This document shows positions 21,894 through 32,685 of a stretch of DNA of 32,685 nt, piece after piece. Position 1 is the stretch's first letter. Each line of letters begins with the position of its first letter. The position numbers and the translations under genes are program-made. Source of the stretch: Perkinsus chesapeaki ATCC PRA-425 (Eukaryota; Protista; Perkinsozoa); the NCBI GenBank assembly GCA_013115145.1, contig JAAPAO010000401.1:1-32685 (forward strand), written 5' to 3'. Under the pieces are notes generated by a model. It worked only from the letters and a program-made list of their open reading frames with translations, was not told the DNA's origin and did no database searches.

Positions 21894-22310
21894 ATGGCCT
21901 TCTTTGGCATCGTCGTTCTCTGCCTCACCTACTGCTGTAGTGCCGACTTCCCATCTGGAACTTACGTCGGCCAAATTGCAAACCCTTACCTAAGAGTTGT
22001 TTGTTCTTTCTACCGACCTCCTAAGCCCTTTGTCATCATTAATGTAACATGCAACCGGGCTATTCCATATTCACCCCTAACTACAGTCGACATTGTCGAG
22101 GTGCCTGGCAAAACTCCGAAGGAGTTCTCTGTTAAGCCAGATACTAAAAATATTGGAAGGATGAAGGAACTCACAGATCGTCTGAATGGTATGTGTCCAG
22201 GTCGTGGCTTCAGCGCAGGAGACTTCGTGGTCTATACAGAGGTCAATAGTGGCTTCGCATATGATGTGGACGTAAAGAAGACTAAAATGAGGCTGTACCT
22301 CAGGGTCTGA
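21894..22310 (+). CDS. Intronless secreted protein, family member D (138 aa)
   Basis: MAFFGIVVLCLTYCCSA signal; FPSGTYVGQIANPYLRVVC...MCPGRGFSAGDF. Confidence 0.85.
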   Translation: MAFFGIVVLCLTYCCSADFPSGTYVGQIANPYLRVVCSFYRPPKPFVIINVTCNRAIPYSPLTTVDIVEVPGKTPKEFSVKPDTKNIGRMKELTDRLNGMCPGRGFSAGDFVVYTEVNSGFAYDVDVKKTKMRLYLRV

Positions 22311-22449
22311 GTTGGGACAGTCAAAAGGGGAGCTCCTACCTGGGAGACCGACGCTACCTGTGCTACGTTCTCCATTTTTAGTTGGAGGTAGCCTTTCTGA
22401 GGTACGACCAATTTGATTTGATCCATTTAGTACCCAGCAGGATTAAGGA

Positions 22450-23400
22450 TATTATGCTAGCACGTAGATATTCTGCTAGCCAAGTACCCGTCTCATTCAA
22501 TGGCTTGTGTCGAGTTGGTTGGTAATAAACGCTTATGTGAAAACTTTTCACATTTCACTATTGTCGAAATAGGCGTTGAAAGGTGTAGAGGTAGATCCTG
22601 CCCATGCAAGAAATTCTGAAACGTCTCCACTAATAGCACACGATAATCAAGAGACATTTTTCGAAGACGCTTCTGAATTGACATACGGCTGCAGTGTAGC
22701 CGCAACACTCGTAATCTCTTAAGAACGTAGGCCGAGGTTTTGGGGAAAGGTAGCAGTGAGCTTTGAGGTCTACGAGTGGGTGTGCAGCAGACGTGTATAG
22801 TTGCTTTTGCCTGCACTTGGAGCTTCCAATAATAGAACACTCCATCTGATGGAGTCCATCAAGGCCGTACAGACTTGCCCTCTTTCAGTCGGTGAAGATG
22901 AAATGATTGACGTTCGTACCGTTCTAATGACGGTAAGACTTAGTGTACTTGTAGTTTCCGAGTAGGAATCCCACACGACTACAGCAGTCTTGTCCCTTTG
23001 AGGCTGTTGACTGTGACATAGAATCTCTATAGGCCACCTTTTCGCGTTCGGTCCTTTCTATTGAGCCATTCTTCTGATTTTCTCGATGCTTTGAGCTGAC
23101 ATGTCCCGATCATGGCAAATGATACCGTTCAATTAGAAAACAACGGATTGCGTGCTTTTTTTGCTCGCACATGTCGTATATGTGAAACGGTTGATCGATT
23201 CGTGTAATATCATACCCCATGTTCGAAGGCATGTACATGCCGAATTACGCCACTCAGTAGTTATTTTCCGGAGAAAGTACATCGCATGTTCGAATATCAG
23301 TCGGGCAGAAATGACCGAACGAAGACAGGGTAAACTTCCTTTAAAAAGGGACCACACTTTTGGCCGCATCGACAGAGTGGACCCCTCGGGAGCCAAGTCA
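22450..23400 (-). pseudogene. Divergent decayed partner gene (copy 3, partial)
   Basis: Acceptor ttttaaag|GAAGTTTAC matches ttttaaag|GAAATTTAT of copy 1; in-frame stops; shared 3' flank motif GTGTCGAGTTG. Confidence 0.35.
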
Positions 23401-23592
23401 CGTTTGTAAATAATACTCGAGGATGCATGAGGCTGCTAATTTTTGACGATTAAGTGATTCGAATTGTGTACTGATTCCACACTGTGGGCCCCCACTAGTA
23501 GTAGGCCTCCCACTCGGAGCGAGCAAACTAGTAGCTCGGAGGACTGACTTCACTCAACAATCCCAACTTCATAAAAACGCTGTTTTAAATGA

Positions 23593-24810
23593 TCATAAAC
23601 TAGAACAAGGTTGCACACGTTCGGAGCAGAATTCTGGCGGCTCTTCCGATTCCAATACGGATAGCAGGTCTGGAGAGATCTCCACCGAGTTCGGTTGCCA
23701 CTCCCTCTCATTCGACGGCACGCCGGTGTAGTAGGTCAGCCTGCAGGAATAATAAATCATAAACAGATTTGACGACCACACCGGAACTTCCACGTTGAGC
23801 TTTGGGGCTCATAAATGTCATGATGGTTGTCTCCTGGATAAGCAAGAACGATTCTTTGAGGTGATGATATACCCGGAATTGGATGCGGCTTGATCGGGTA
23901 TCTGAGCAGGAGGGTCACGTGTCGTCGAGAATCTCGGCCGTGAACCCGTCTACCTGAAGTGACTCCGAGACAAATGCCTTGCTCTCGCTGCAATTGCTTC
24001 GGGTCCGTAGGGAACCGCGGGACAGAGAAGTTGTAGCGTGTGCCACTGAGGCGGTGGGAGGAGCATTTGACCGTGGCTGGACTGATACCTGAATGATATG
24101 GGACCTATTCAGTTCATGGTTTTACTCTGAAAGGATGTCCGAGGGCGATTGCCATACAAGTTGTGTCGTCTCCTGCCCATCACACGTCGCTACATTCTTC
24201 AAAGCTTGGGAGCCCTCACTATCGCTGCTCAAGGCACAAACATAAAATCTCGTGATGAACCCCCCTGAAGAGAAAAATGCAAGTTTTATACACAGTTTTC
24301 CACCTTTTTTCGTCCTTAGTGCCTCATAGTCAGGCGTTTGGAACTGACATAGGTACACCATTTTCGAGATGGTCTTTGCAGCATTCAGTTCAATCGCAGT
24401 CTCTTCCTTCAGTTCTCGCAGTGCGCATTTCCGATACGCGATATCGGTGAAGGCTCCGTGACAACGGGAACAGCAGCAACGCCTGAGCGCGCCGTGGATC
24501 TTCGTTACCCGAGCAAGCTTCAGTAACCCTACGTTGTGGTTTTATGGGCAAAGTCCTTTGCCCACAGTCTGTCCTCTTCCTCAAGCTTACCACCGGGGAA
24601 CACCAACGCGTGGGGCATGAACCGACTAGCACCGCTGCGACGGACCTGCGATGCACAGCATCATGGCCCTCCTACAGAGATTTGCCGCCACATTATATAG
24701 GCGACCATATATTCGAATTGCAACGTTCAAACGTAGATACGTACCATGCAAACCTTGTCCCCTACAAATAAGAGTATGCTGGACGACTCGCTCCAACGGG
24801 GCTTTGGCAT
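23593..24810 (-). CDS. NUDT19: NUDT19-like Nudix hydrolase (acyl-CoA diphosphatase family)
   Basis: MPKPRWSESSSILL...VRRSGASRFMPHALVFPGGKLEEED...CALRELKEETAI...QFQTP...GGFITRFYV...DGQET..VWQSP...LLPPPQW...LAYPGD; ends CSSL*. Confidence 0.85.
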
Positions 24811-25652
24811 GTCACTAATAGACAACCTTTAAAGGAGGAAGTCCAAACACTCAATGTTAAGTTGATTTCCGTGCATTGTTGGTATCAATTCAAGGAGCAC
24901 CTGTCCGCATCGTTCCCCCTCAGTGCTGTTCACTTCTGTCGCACTATGTATTACGTTGTGTTTGGAATTTACGTTCCGTAGTGGAGTCAAGATTCAGTGC
25001 CACACTACTCCAGACTATCGGAAGTTGGACCATACGACGAAAATTGTTTTTATAAGTATGGAATACCAGAGGTCAGCCCGTTCGCCGAATGGGAACATCC
25101 ACCAGACCGAGGCGCAATCGATCTCCGAATGACATTCGGAGCTCGATGGTCTAATTTCGGAGAACTAACAATATAGATTTCGTGGCGCGTGACTTGTCTA
25201 TACCATTTCGGAGGATACAAAATTTGCAGATAAGTCAGTTCAGTTCGTAAAGCAGCCGTCTTGAAAGCGATAGACGCAAGTTCGATGAATGGAAGAGTCG
25301 TTTTAAAGTCAAAACGGGGTTTGCATCTGAAAATCGCGAAACCAACTGTCTGAAAAACCAACTCTTCAATTCAGCAATTGTTTTGTACTTTAACACGGTC
25401 ACTTGGCCCCACCACTCTCCGTCACATGACAGTCTTTATTGAGAGGTTGGCCGTACTCTAGGGTCGATACCATCCGTACTAACCGTCATTCAAAAATGCA
25501 GCATAGGAGGTTCCGAACTATCTCACCAAATTTTCGCAGCTTAATTCGCCATTTTGTGTTTTACACAGTTTGGGATCTTTTCATGAGTGAACAAGTGCCG
25601 GGCAGCCAAGTATCTTGTTGACAATCTCTTGCAGTTGTACTATACTATTAAC

Positions 25653-27753
25653 ATGTCATATTCCCAGTCCGGTTACTCGGACTTCCATTCCCGCATACAA
25701 GGGTACGGCAATACCAGTTACGAAGGCCAGGACCAAACAGTCCAAGACAGAGCATCAGCTGTAGGCACTAGACTCCTATCCCCCCAAAACTCGGAATGAA
25801 TTATTGAACGTTCATAAAGATCGTTTTGAGGTTGTTAAATTCCCCGTCACCTCAGGCTGGCTCGAGACTGGCCGCGGACGTAGGAGCCACCGTGTCAGCT
25901 TTTCGCGACGGTAGTATGTATGACTCGATAAAGGAGCAAGCCGGGGAGGCCGCCAGTACTGTGAACCACAGAGGCAACCATTCAATTAGATGTAATAGGT
26001 ATAATATCCCAGGCCGCCTCGGGAGTCGCTGAGTGGTTCCGCCCGTCTACCGCTCCAAATGGTTATTCCACTCCTGGCAATGCCTACGTTAACAACAACG
26101 CTCCTCCAGTCATACCTCAGCAGCAGCAGACCTACCCGGGCTTCGGCTCGGAAGGCCCGATGCCTTACGGCGGCGTTCAGCCTAAGCGGAGGCCGTGGGG
26201 GAATACTGGTGCTCCAGCGCCAACCTACAGCGTCCCTCCCGCCGCTCCTCCAGTCCCGGCAGCTAGCGCTACGGCTCGCGGTGTATCAGGGGCGTTACCA
26301 AAGGGGCAGTATGAAGCTCAGCTGGTTAAACAGGTAGTTAGGGAAAGGGAGCAAGGAAGAGGAGTGATGGCAGATGACCGCTCCGGGTGGAACTCGAGTA
26401 AAGCCTTCCGAGTCTGCGATGCGAGACTTCTACCGTAAGGTCAAGAACCTTGACCTGGACGTGGTTGGCAAGGAGCTGGCGAAGGCCCTGGATGAGCCCG
26501 ATTCGACATGGCAGCACCGACTCCGGGTAGGAAACTGTGAGCAGTCTATAGTGGTAGTTTTCGCGGCCTTCAGGTACTGTATGTTGTTGATGGCCTATGG
26601 GCACAAGGGTTGGAAGAACCAGTGGCGGTAGTGAAGGAGGAGTGTGGCAGTACAGGGCTGGTGGAGTTAGTAGCAGATTCCCACACGAGGTAGTTGACCA
26701 AGGCACAGAGGTCTGTAGTAATCGAGGTAGAGGATTGTACTATTTCGGGGTGTTAAAAAATAGTAGATCACTTCGTAGTGGTACTAGTACACTACCGTCA
26801 TCGTGAAAATGACTATTATAGATATCATTGCATTGCTTATTGTTACGAGTGGCCGGAGTAGGGCCTGTTAGAGTGCTCGTTATAAATCAGACTCCCGGTG
26901 AGGGTTATCGTGGTAGACCTTTTCACTCACCACCTCCACATGATCGCACTCCAGCCACCTATGGTGCAGTATATGATAGACAGGAGTACTGCTACAGTAC
27001 TCTAGTACTACTATCAACATCCGCAATTCTGTTGAATAGGAATATGTCGCGGTCGACTCTGTCGAGCTCCGTCCTCTTGTCAGATCAAAGGCACTACCAA
27101 TCCTGGCTGAATGGGGCGTAGAGGTGGGTAGTCTCACACCATCACAACCATCCAAGTCAGAAAAGGCTCCTGCGGTGCCTGACAGCGATCTCCTCGATTT
27201 GGACGACCGTACTGAGCGGTAGGCATTGGAAGGCTTTGCTGCTGTTGTAGTGTATGTAAAACTATAAGGGTCTAGTGTTTGCCTCAAGCCGAGGCTGGCG
27301 GCGTTCCGCTCGCCCTTACTTCAGAGCTGTACTGTGGCAAGGGCGATCACACTTTAATTCTGCCATCCCGTGCATTCGAGCATGCTCGCTATGAACTTGT
27401 TTAGTTGTCGTTGCGTACGTGTAGGCTTATGGTAACTAGTTGCATTCGGCTGGAAAAAAGTGGAGTAAAACTCCTTTGGTTGTTGAGTGAATTGCCCCCC
27501 AAGCGCACTGTATATTTCCCATTTCCTCAGGCCAGCCCCCTCTGCGCCTTCCAGCCCAGCTTTGAGCTCTCCTTCATCTGTATCACCTTCGCTATCCCTT
27601 AGCAGCACCAGGCCCCCAACTCCCATATCCAGTACCGGCCCGAAGCGATCTGCTTTCAGTTTCGTGAACCGGCCACCGCCTGCCAACCAAGCCAAGACTG
27701 TACCGCAGGCTGGCGGCGCTGTCGTTACGTCGGGAGACCTTCTGGACTTGTAG
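25653..27753 (+). CDS. TEPSIN: Tepsin / AP-4 accessory protein (MTV1-like), C-terminal VHS-like domain
   Basis: SRIQGYGNT; GQYEAQLVKQ|MTAPGGTRVKP...LAKALDEPDSTWQHRLR|VLYVVDGL; C-terminal KRSAFSFVN matches the tepsin AP-4 epsilon-ear motif S[AV]F[SA]FLN. Confidence 0.8.
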
Positions 27754-27907
27754 TTGTCACTGAACAGTCTTGTCTCATTCAACTTGTATATTCGTATTCA
27801 CTGTAGTTCCTTTTCGTTCGCTTCGTTGTTGTGTTCACAGTGGGGACAATTAACGCCTCTTCGGTCCCTTCTAGCATTGTGACGTGAGGTCAACTGGCGT
27901 TGGTCAG

Positions 27908-28659
27908 ATGGTAGGCCTTCTCCTCCTTCTCCATGGTGGTATGGCAGCACGCCACACCCCCTTCATCGTCGACGATGTTCGCGCTGCTCCCCGGTGGCGT
28001 CAGTATTGACTCTTTGAAAGATTCTCATGGCCATGACGTGTCCCCAGTAAGCAGCGGCGATCTGCAGGGTTTTTGCCTGTCTTTTTTTCAGTACTCTGTC
28101 GAAGGCAGCGCGCAACTGGGCAAGGCGGCAGGCAGCATGTTCAAGGCACCTGGCGGACCTTCCTCTGATGAGTAGGTGGCTCAGCCCTCATTGACGCTCA
28201 TCATCACTGTTAGTTTGATGAAGGAAAGCTACCGAGAGGAGATAGCTGCGGAGGAGGCCGATAAGGCAGGCCAGATAGGCCCGGGAGTATGAAACCTCGA
28301 ATCCCGCAACGGTCAGCGTCCCGTCTAGTGCAATCAAGATTTTTCGGCACCATGCCCCAAGGGATGGACACTCCTCAGCAACGATTCGGTGAGCCCGTTA
28401 TGCATCCCTCCAAGCAACTATCATGGATATTGTAACAAGCCACAGCCCTGGCCGACAGCATCAGAGGTCGGCGGAGCGAAGCGTTTCATATTTACCATTT
28501 TACGTGCAGTACGTGAAAATGAGCGACGCTCGCGGCTGCGAAGTGGAGTACCCGTGCAAGGGCGAGCTGCATAAAGTGAAGTGTGGTGGACCGATTCAGT
28601 TGGTGACACGGACCACCTTCTCAGGGAGTTCTCGACGCACGAATCACCACCCATGTTGA
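27908..28659 (+). CDS. CPW-WPC domain protein (single domain)
   Basis: Spliced GPG|CNQDFSAPCPKGWTLLSNDSVSPLCIPPSNYHGYCNKPQ...|YVKMSDARGCEVEYPC matches the C..D(Y/F)...CP.GW...C..P..Y.G.C...C...WPC pattern. Start (27908 or 27933) uncertain. Confidence 0.75.
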
Positions 28660-28807
28660 TGCAGCAGTTGTTGCAAGTGAAAGGCAATTTCATGTAACGC
28701 TTGGTTTGCTTGTTGTGTTCAATTAGTCCACTGGGTCTTCCATGAGATAGCCAGCACTGTTGCAGCTAAAGGACTCCATCTCTTGTTGTTGTTATTCTTG
28801 CTTCGGT

Positions 28808-30063
28808 ATGTTTATCGCTTCTCAAGATGATGTCGATGCTTACCAACGCTATTCAGTGATGCGCGTTGGGGCCCTAAGAGCCCTGTGCAAAGAGAAAGGA
28901 TTGCCTTCTGACGGTGAGAGAGGAGGAGGGGATAAAATCGCATATCAATGTCGATTATGCTACTCTGCTATTCATTATTTATATGTTAATGTTACTTTTT
29001 TTTATATTTTAATGTTACTCTTATTTATATGTTGATGTTACTCTTATTTATATGTTAATGGTACTATTCCAAGAACATCACACTTGGGCAGGTCGCAAAG
29101 AAGATCTCGTGAACCGTCTATGTCACAATTGCAGCAACATTCCCTCTGATCTAATTAATGCAAGCCACCACTCATCTTCAAACATTCCCCAAGATGCCGC
29201 CGGCTCTCATCTCACTGATGGCCGTAGTTCCAAAGGCGCTCATACAGATGGTTCCAACTCAGACGGAGGAGTCTCGACTCCTCTCGGTCCATTGTCTACC
29301 GCATCGTCGTCATCCTGGAAGGGTGAAGTAGGGCTGCTCTATGAGACGAGTTCCCATGCTTTCACAGGGTGACACCAGCAACCGTCTGAGCGCCAACGAG
29401 CTTCGTGAGTTAGCGAGCATCGCCGATGAGATCAGACATATAAGGAAACAAACGGTAAGGGGCTCGACGGTAATGTCTCTCGGACCCACTACTCTTCAGG
29501 AGTTCAGCCTCCTTCGTGCTGTTGGTCTGATAACCGACTATCCGACTTCGTCGACATGTCATGCTCCATCAGATAGACGCTACGGTATGAGCCAGAAGGC
29601 TACGCCTTATGGGGTGGGTGCTGCCTCAGCTGACGTGTGACTAGAGCGGAGCATGATTCTCCTTAGTACCCTTTGGCCGCACCCACTTCGAGAGCGGCAG
29701 CATCCCTGCACCAACAGCAACAGTACTGGCCGTATGAGAGACAGCTCGGTCTAGGTAAGCCAATTGGCAATGAACGAGCACAGGATATGTTCCATCTCTC
29801 AGGTACGCACTGAAGTCGTTCATGAAGTGTTGTCTGATTAATGTGAAGTGAATAATATTATCAATGTCATCATCACCTTACTGTACGGTCCCCAACCCTC
29901 CTCCAACATCTTATTCTCCTCCTTTTTTGTCCTTCTTCTTATCGAAGTGAAGTATCATTGTCATTGATGACGATGTGCGAAGCTGATGATAGACGACTAT
30001 CTCCGCGTTTGATCCGTCGGAGCCGGTCTTTGTCGATGAGCCAGTATCCATTGCATCATTGAA
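28808..30063 (+). CDS. SAP-domain-containing protein, otherwise unassigned
   Basis: YSVMRVGALRALCKEKGLPSD|GRKEDLVNRL is a SAP motif split by an intron; low-complexity exons follow. Both ends uncertain. Confidence 0.6.
28975..29066 (+). repeat. Degenerate 23-bp AT-rich tandem repeat x4 in the SAP-gene intron
   Basis: Unit approximately TTATTTATATGTTAATGTTACTC. Confidence 0.8.
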
Positions 30064-30191
30064 TTAGACCACGTATCGGTTCTTCGGTTCACGCTGTCGG
30101 TGATCCTGTCGTATCCCGTCTCTCACTTTCCCGTGCCCTTGTGTTGCCAAGTTGCAGCAGCAGCAGCAGCTCAGGTTGAGTGTTAAATTCC

Positions 30192-31358
30192 ATGATATGC
30201 GTGGAGTGCGGGCAGGTGGTGAAGAGCCTTTTCCGGGAATACTCTCGCGGCAACATTCGCCTGACCCACTGCCCTAACTGTGGGGCGATAGCCGACAAGT
30301 GAGCAGTTGACCGATGGCCGGTCGGAGGACTGATATCTTGTCTTCCAGATACATCGAACTCGAGATACAGTTGGTATTCGTTGATCTAATATTGCACCGA
30401 AGTCAGGCGTATCGACATATACTTTTTAATAGAGGGACGATACGAGTGCACAAGGAGGTACATCAGATGCTGCTGACGGCATGTCATTGCATTCTGCCAG
30501 GTGTACAAGTTCCTCACGGTTATGTTTGCGTTAGACTCATTCGATCAATGGTTCCTGTGTAGTCGAAGTAAAGAGTTGGACTATATAGAGACTCATCCGG
30601 ACGGCTCAGAAAGGTATCAAAACTACGCCGGCAATCGGGAGGCAATCTTCATAGGTACCCATGGGAAGAGTTCGCTAGGTGGCTCCAACCGCACGAGCAT
30701 CAATGGGTGTTGCTCATAGAAGCTGTCATGGAAACCGTTGTGTAAGCTTGCTTACCATTCTCAACACCTCTATGTCACCTTTGTAGATACTTAGCAGTAA
30801 TTTGTTGGTTAACTAGGCTTTACGTTACCCTTCTGCAAGACAGGAAAATCCCTGACCCATCTGAGCCTTCGCAAACGGAGATGATGGAATTGGTAGCGGT
30901 TCTTAGGAGAAGCTGGCCGGAGTATTCTTCTGTCTTTAGTCCCCTCGTACGCGTGCGCAATCCCTCCGTACTCCTTTGCCATCTTGGGGAACCTCATGGA
31001 TGCAGTTTCGTTTCCTAATCTCAGCAGTAGTTATATCGTGTTTCGGTAAACTGGGTAAGTCGCTGCCTTTCCGTCTCCCTCGAGGATTGCCTTATCAGGT
31101 GTATTACTCTGGATGATATGGGATGCAAGCCGTCTGATTCGGAAGGCAATATCAATATTTACTTTAACCTCGAATATCGTAGCAGTGCGGGTGTTTCTGC
31201 GGTGTGACAGTTATGCACCCCCCGTGACTATCATTGGGCTCGCGTTTGCTGCGAGGTGAGCATGAGCTTCGTATTTTCGCACAGTTGCCTTTTTCAGGGC
31301 ACTATTCAGATGCGCTATGTCCACCTTGGAACCTACGCTAGAGTTCAGTATTATATAG
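30192..31358 (+). CDS. ARV1: Arv1-like sterol/lipid homeostasis membrane protein
   Basis: MICVECGQVVKSLFREYSRGNIRLTHCPNCGAIADK|YIELEIQLVFVDLILHRSQAYRHILFNR (Arv1 zinc-ribbon signature); later SCFGKL|GVLLWMIWD...TSNIVAVRV. Confidence 0.92.
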
Positions 31359-32685
31359 ACCAACTGTGCATTGTGAAAATTGATTTATCCTCCTTGGACC
31401 CCTTCATGGCTTGAGTTCATAATACCGTAGCCAGATGACAGCAACGTAAGATGACTGTAACGTAAGTCTTGAAGCATCAACTTGACGAGTTCATGAGTGG
31501 TGTTACTGGCCTGACAAACTAGTCTATTATCTAATGCTGATAACCCCTAATGGCTTACTTTCATATTCTCTACTGAGCGAACGTATGTAACCCACCAGTA
31601 CGAAACCCCGATCGGAAGAAGAACAACGGCCAGCCGCTAACCGTTATTTTTCCGCTAGCCGTCAGCGGGTTAAGCGCAGAATGAGCATTTGACAAATGTC
31701 ATCTGCCAGTGAGGGATTCATTTTCTTTTGATCGCACCATGAGGTTACTTCTGATAGATGCTAGATAGGTAAGCACGGATACTTTATCTTGAAGGGGTGT
31801 CGTATTTGCCTCCATGAGAGCAAATTTGCTTTTATGCACTCTGCTGCGAAGTCTTTGCTCTTTTTAAGTCTTCGGCTTTGTTTGCATCCCCGAAGATCTC
31901 TGTGTGCCAAAAAGAGTATCTATAGTTTGGCTCGAGACGTCAATCAGCATTGCCTGCTTCTACTAGTTGTTCGAGTCGTGCCTCAAGAAAAGCTTGGAAT
32001 CAAACCCCTGGTTCTGGACTACCTCAAGACCTGTGGTCGAGCAAACACAAATGACTTTAGGCGTAAATATGGGTAGCCAACCGGATTGGCCGAATCTCGA
32101 TTGGGGACTCCCGAAGGAAGAAGAGTCATTAGCCCTGAGTGGTGCTGGAGTGGCCATCTTAAGCCAAATCTGACATATACTGTACAAGAACTCAAAACCA
32201 GTCTTAGTTGAAAAGCCGCATGAATGTCCGGCGTCTACTAAAATGGTTGATGGGAGGATACATTTGTGGAACACAATGATAGGCCGATAAGCTGACACTT
32301 TAGCTTTGACTGGATATTGGACTTGGATATTACTGCAAGCAGTTACGCAGCATACAGAGGGATATGTACTTCGCCCGCTCGTCGTAAAAATCACCAAAGC
32401 TTCCCAGCAAGATAATCCTGAAATGCTTGTTGCATCCCAGATGGTTGATTGAGTATCACGTCGTGACTTCCTCCAGTTACCTGGATCATAACAAGACTTA
32501 TGAGCTGCTAGGGCGGAGGCGTGCTTGGCAGCGCTAGTTGCTCAGTTGGATACTCACATTTAGAAATGCTATTTTGGCTCCGTTAGAGTAGACCAGCTTC
32601 CTTATATTTCCTAGCGGGCCATCGGGATACTGGCAGAAAATTCCAAAATACACCGAGCATCAAATTGCCTTACAGAGATCGAAAC

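Noticed and set aside
25050-25361. 103-aa minus-strand ORF between NUDT19 and tepsin
   Set aside because: TTG start, no motif and no convincing splice pattern on either strand.
31424-31433. ACCGTAGCCA, identical to the first 10 nt of the perkinsid/dinoflagellate spliced leader as I recall it
   Set aside because: Only 10 nt, diverges afterwards, lies downstream of the ARV1 stop rather than before a start, and about 0.06 chance matches are expected in a window this size. Too weak to call an SL relic or SL RNA gene.
31789-32685. Long ORFs at the right edge (31963-32397 minus; plus-strand frame with scattered stops) as a decayed transposase
   Set aside because: No recognisable catalytic motif, stop density close to random overall, and truncated by the window edge; left unassigned.

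Overview
Intron-rich eukaryotic genomic DNA with short GT-AG introns and very tight gene packing. It is most consistent with an alveolate of the Perkinsus type; this is inferred from gene content (CPW-WPC protein, single-domain channel with EF-hands, small secreted-protein arrays), not from a database search. Left part: amino-acid transporter (-), atypical tRNA-Leu(TAG) (-), single-domain voltage-gated cation channel with a TLDDW filter and EF-hands (-) whose 1.7-kb intron holds transposon debris and many palindromes, a Cys/His-rich ankyrin protein (+), two tandem NFU1 Fe-S scaffold paralogs (+) and RRP7 (+). Middle (about 13.4-23.4 kb): an accessory tandem array of four intronless ~137-aa secreted-protein genes alternating with decayed opposite-strand partner genes, plus a truncated Tc1/Tc3 transposon, a TA-flanked MITE, a VNTR and an assembly gap. 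Right part: NUDT19-like Nudix hydrolase (-), tepsin (+), CPW-WPC protein (+), SAP-domain protein (+) and ARV1 (+). Two window-wide signals stand out: pervasive short perfect palindromes of A-A'-A form that paralog comparison shows to be insertions, and a recurrent AG|(G)TTG acceptor 13-18 nt upstream of start codons (candidate trans-splice site). All exon boundaries were spliced by eye and are approximate.
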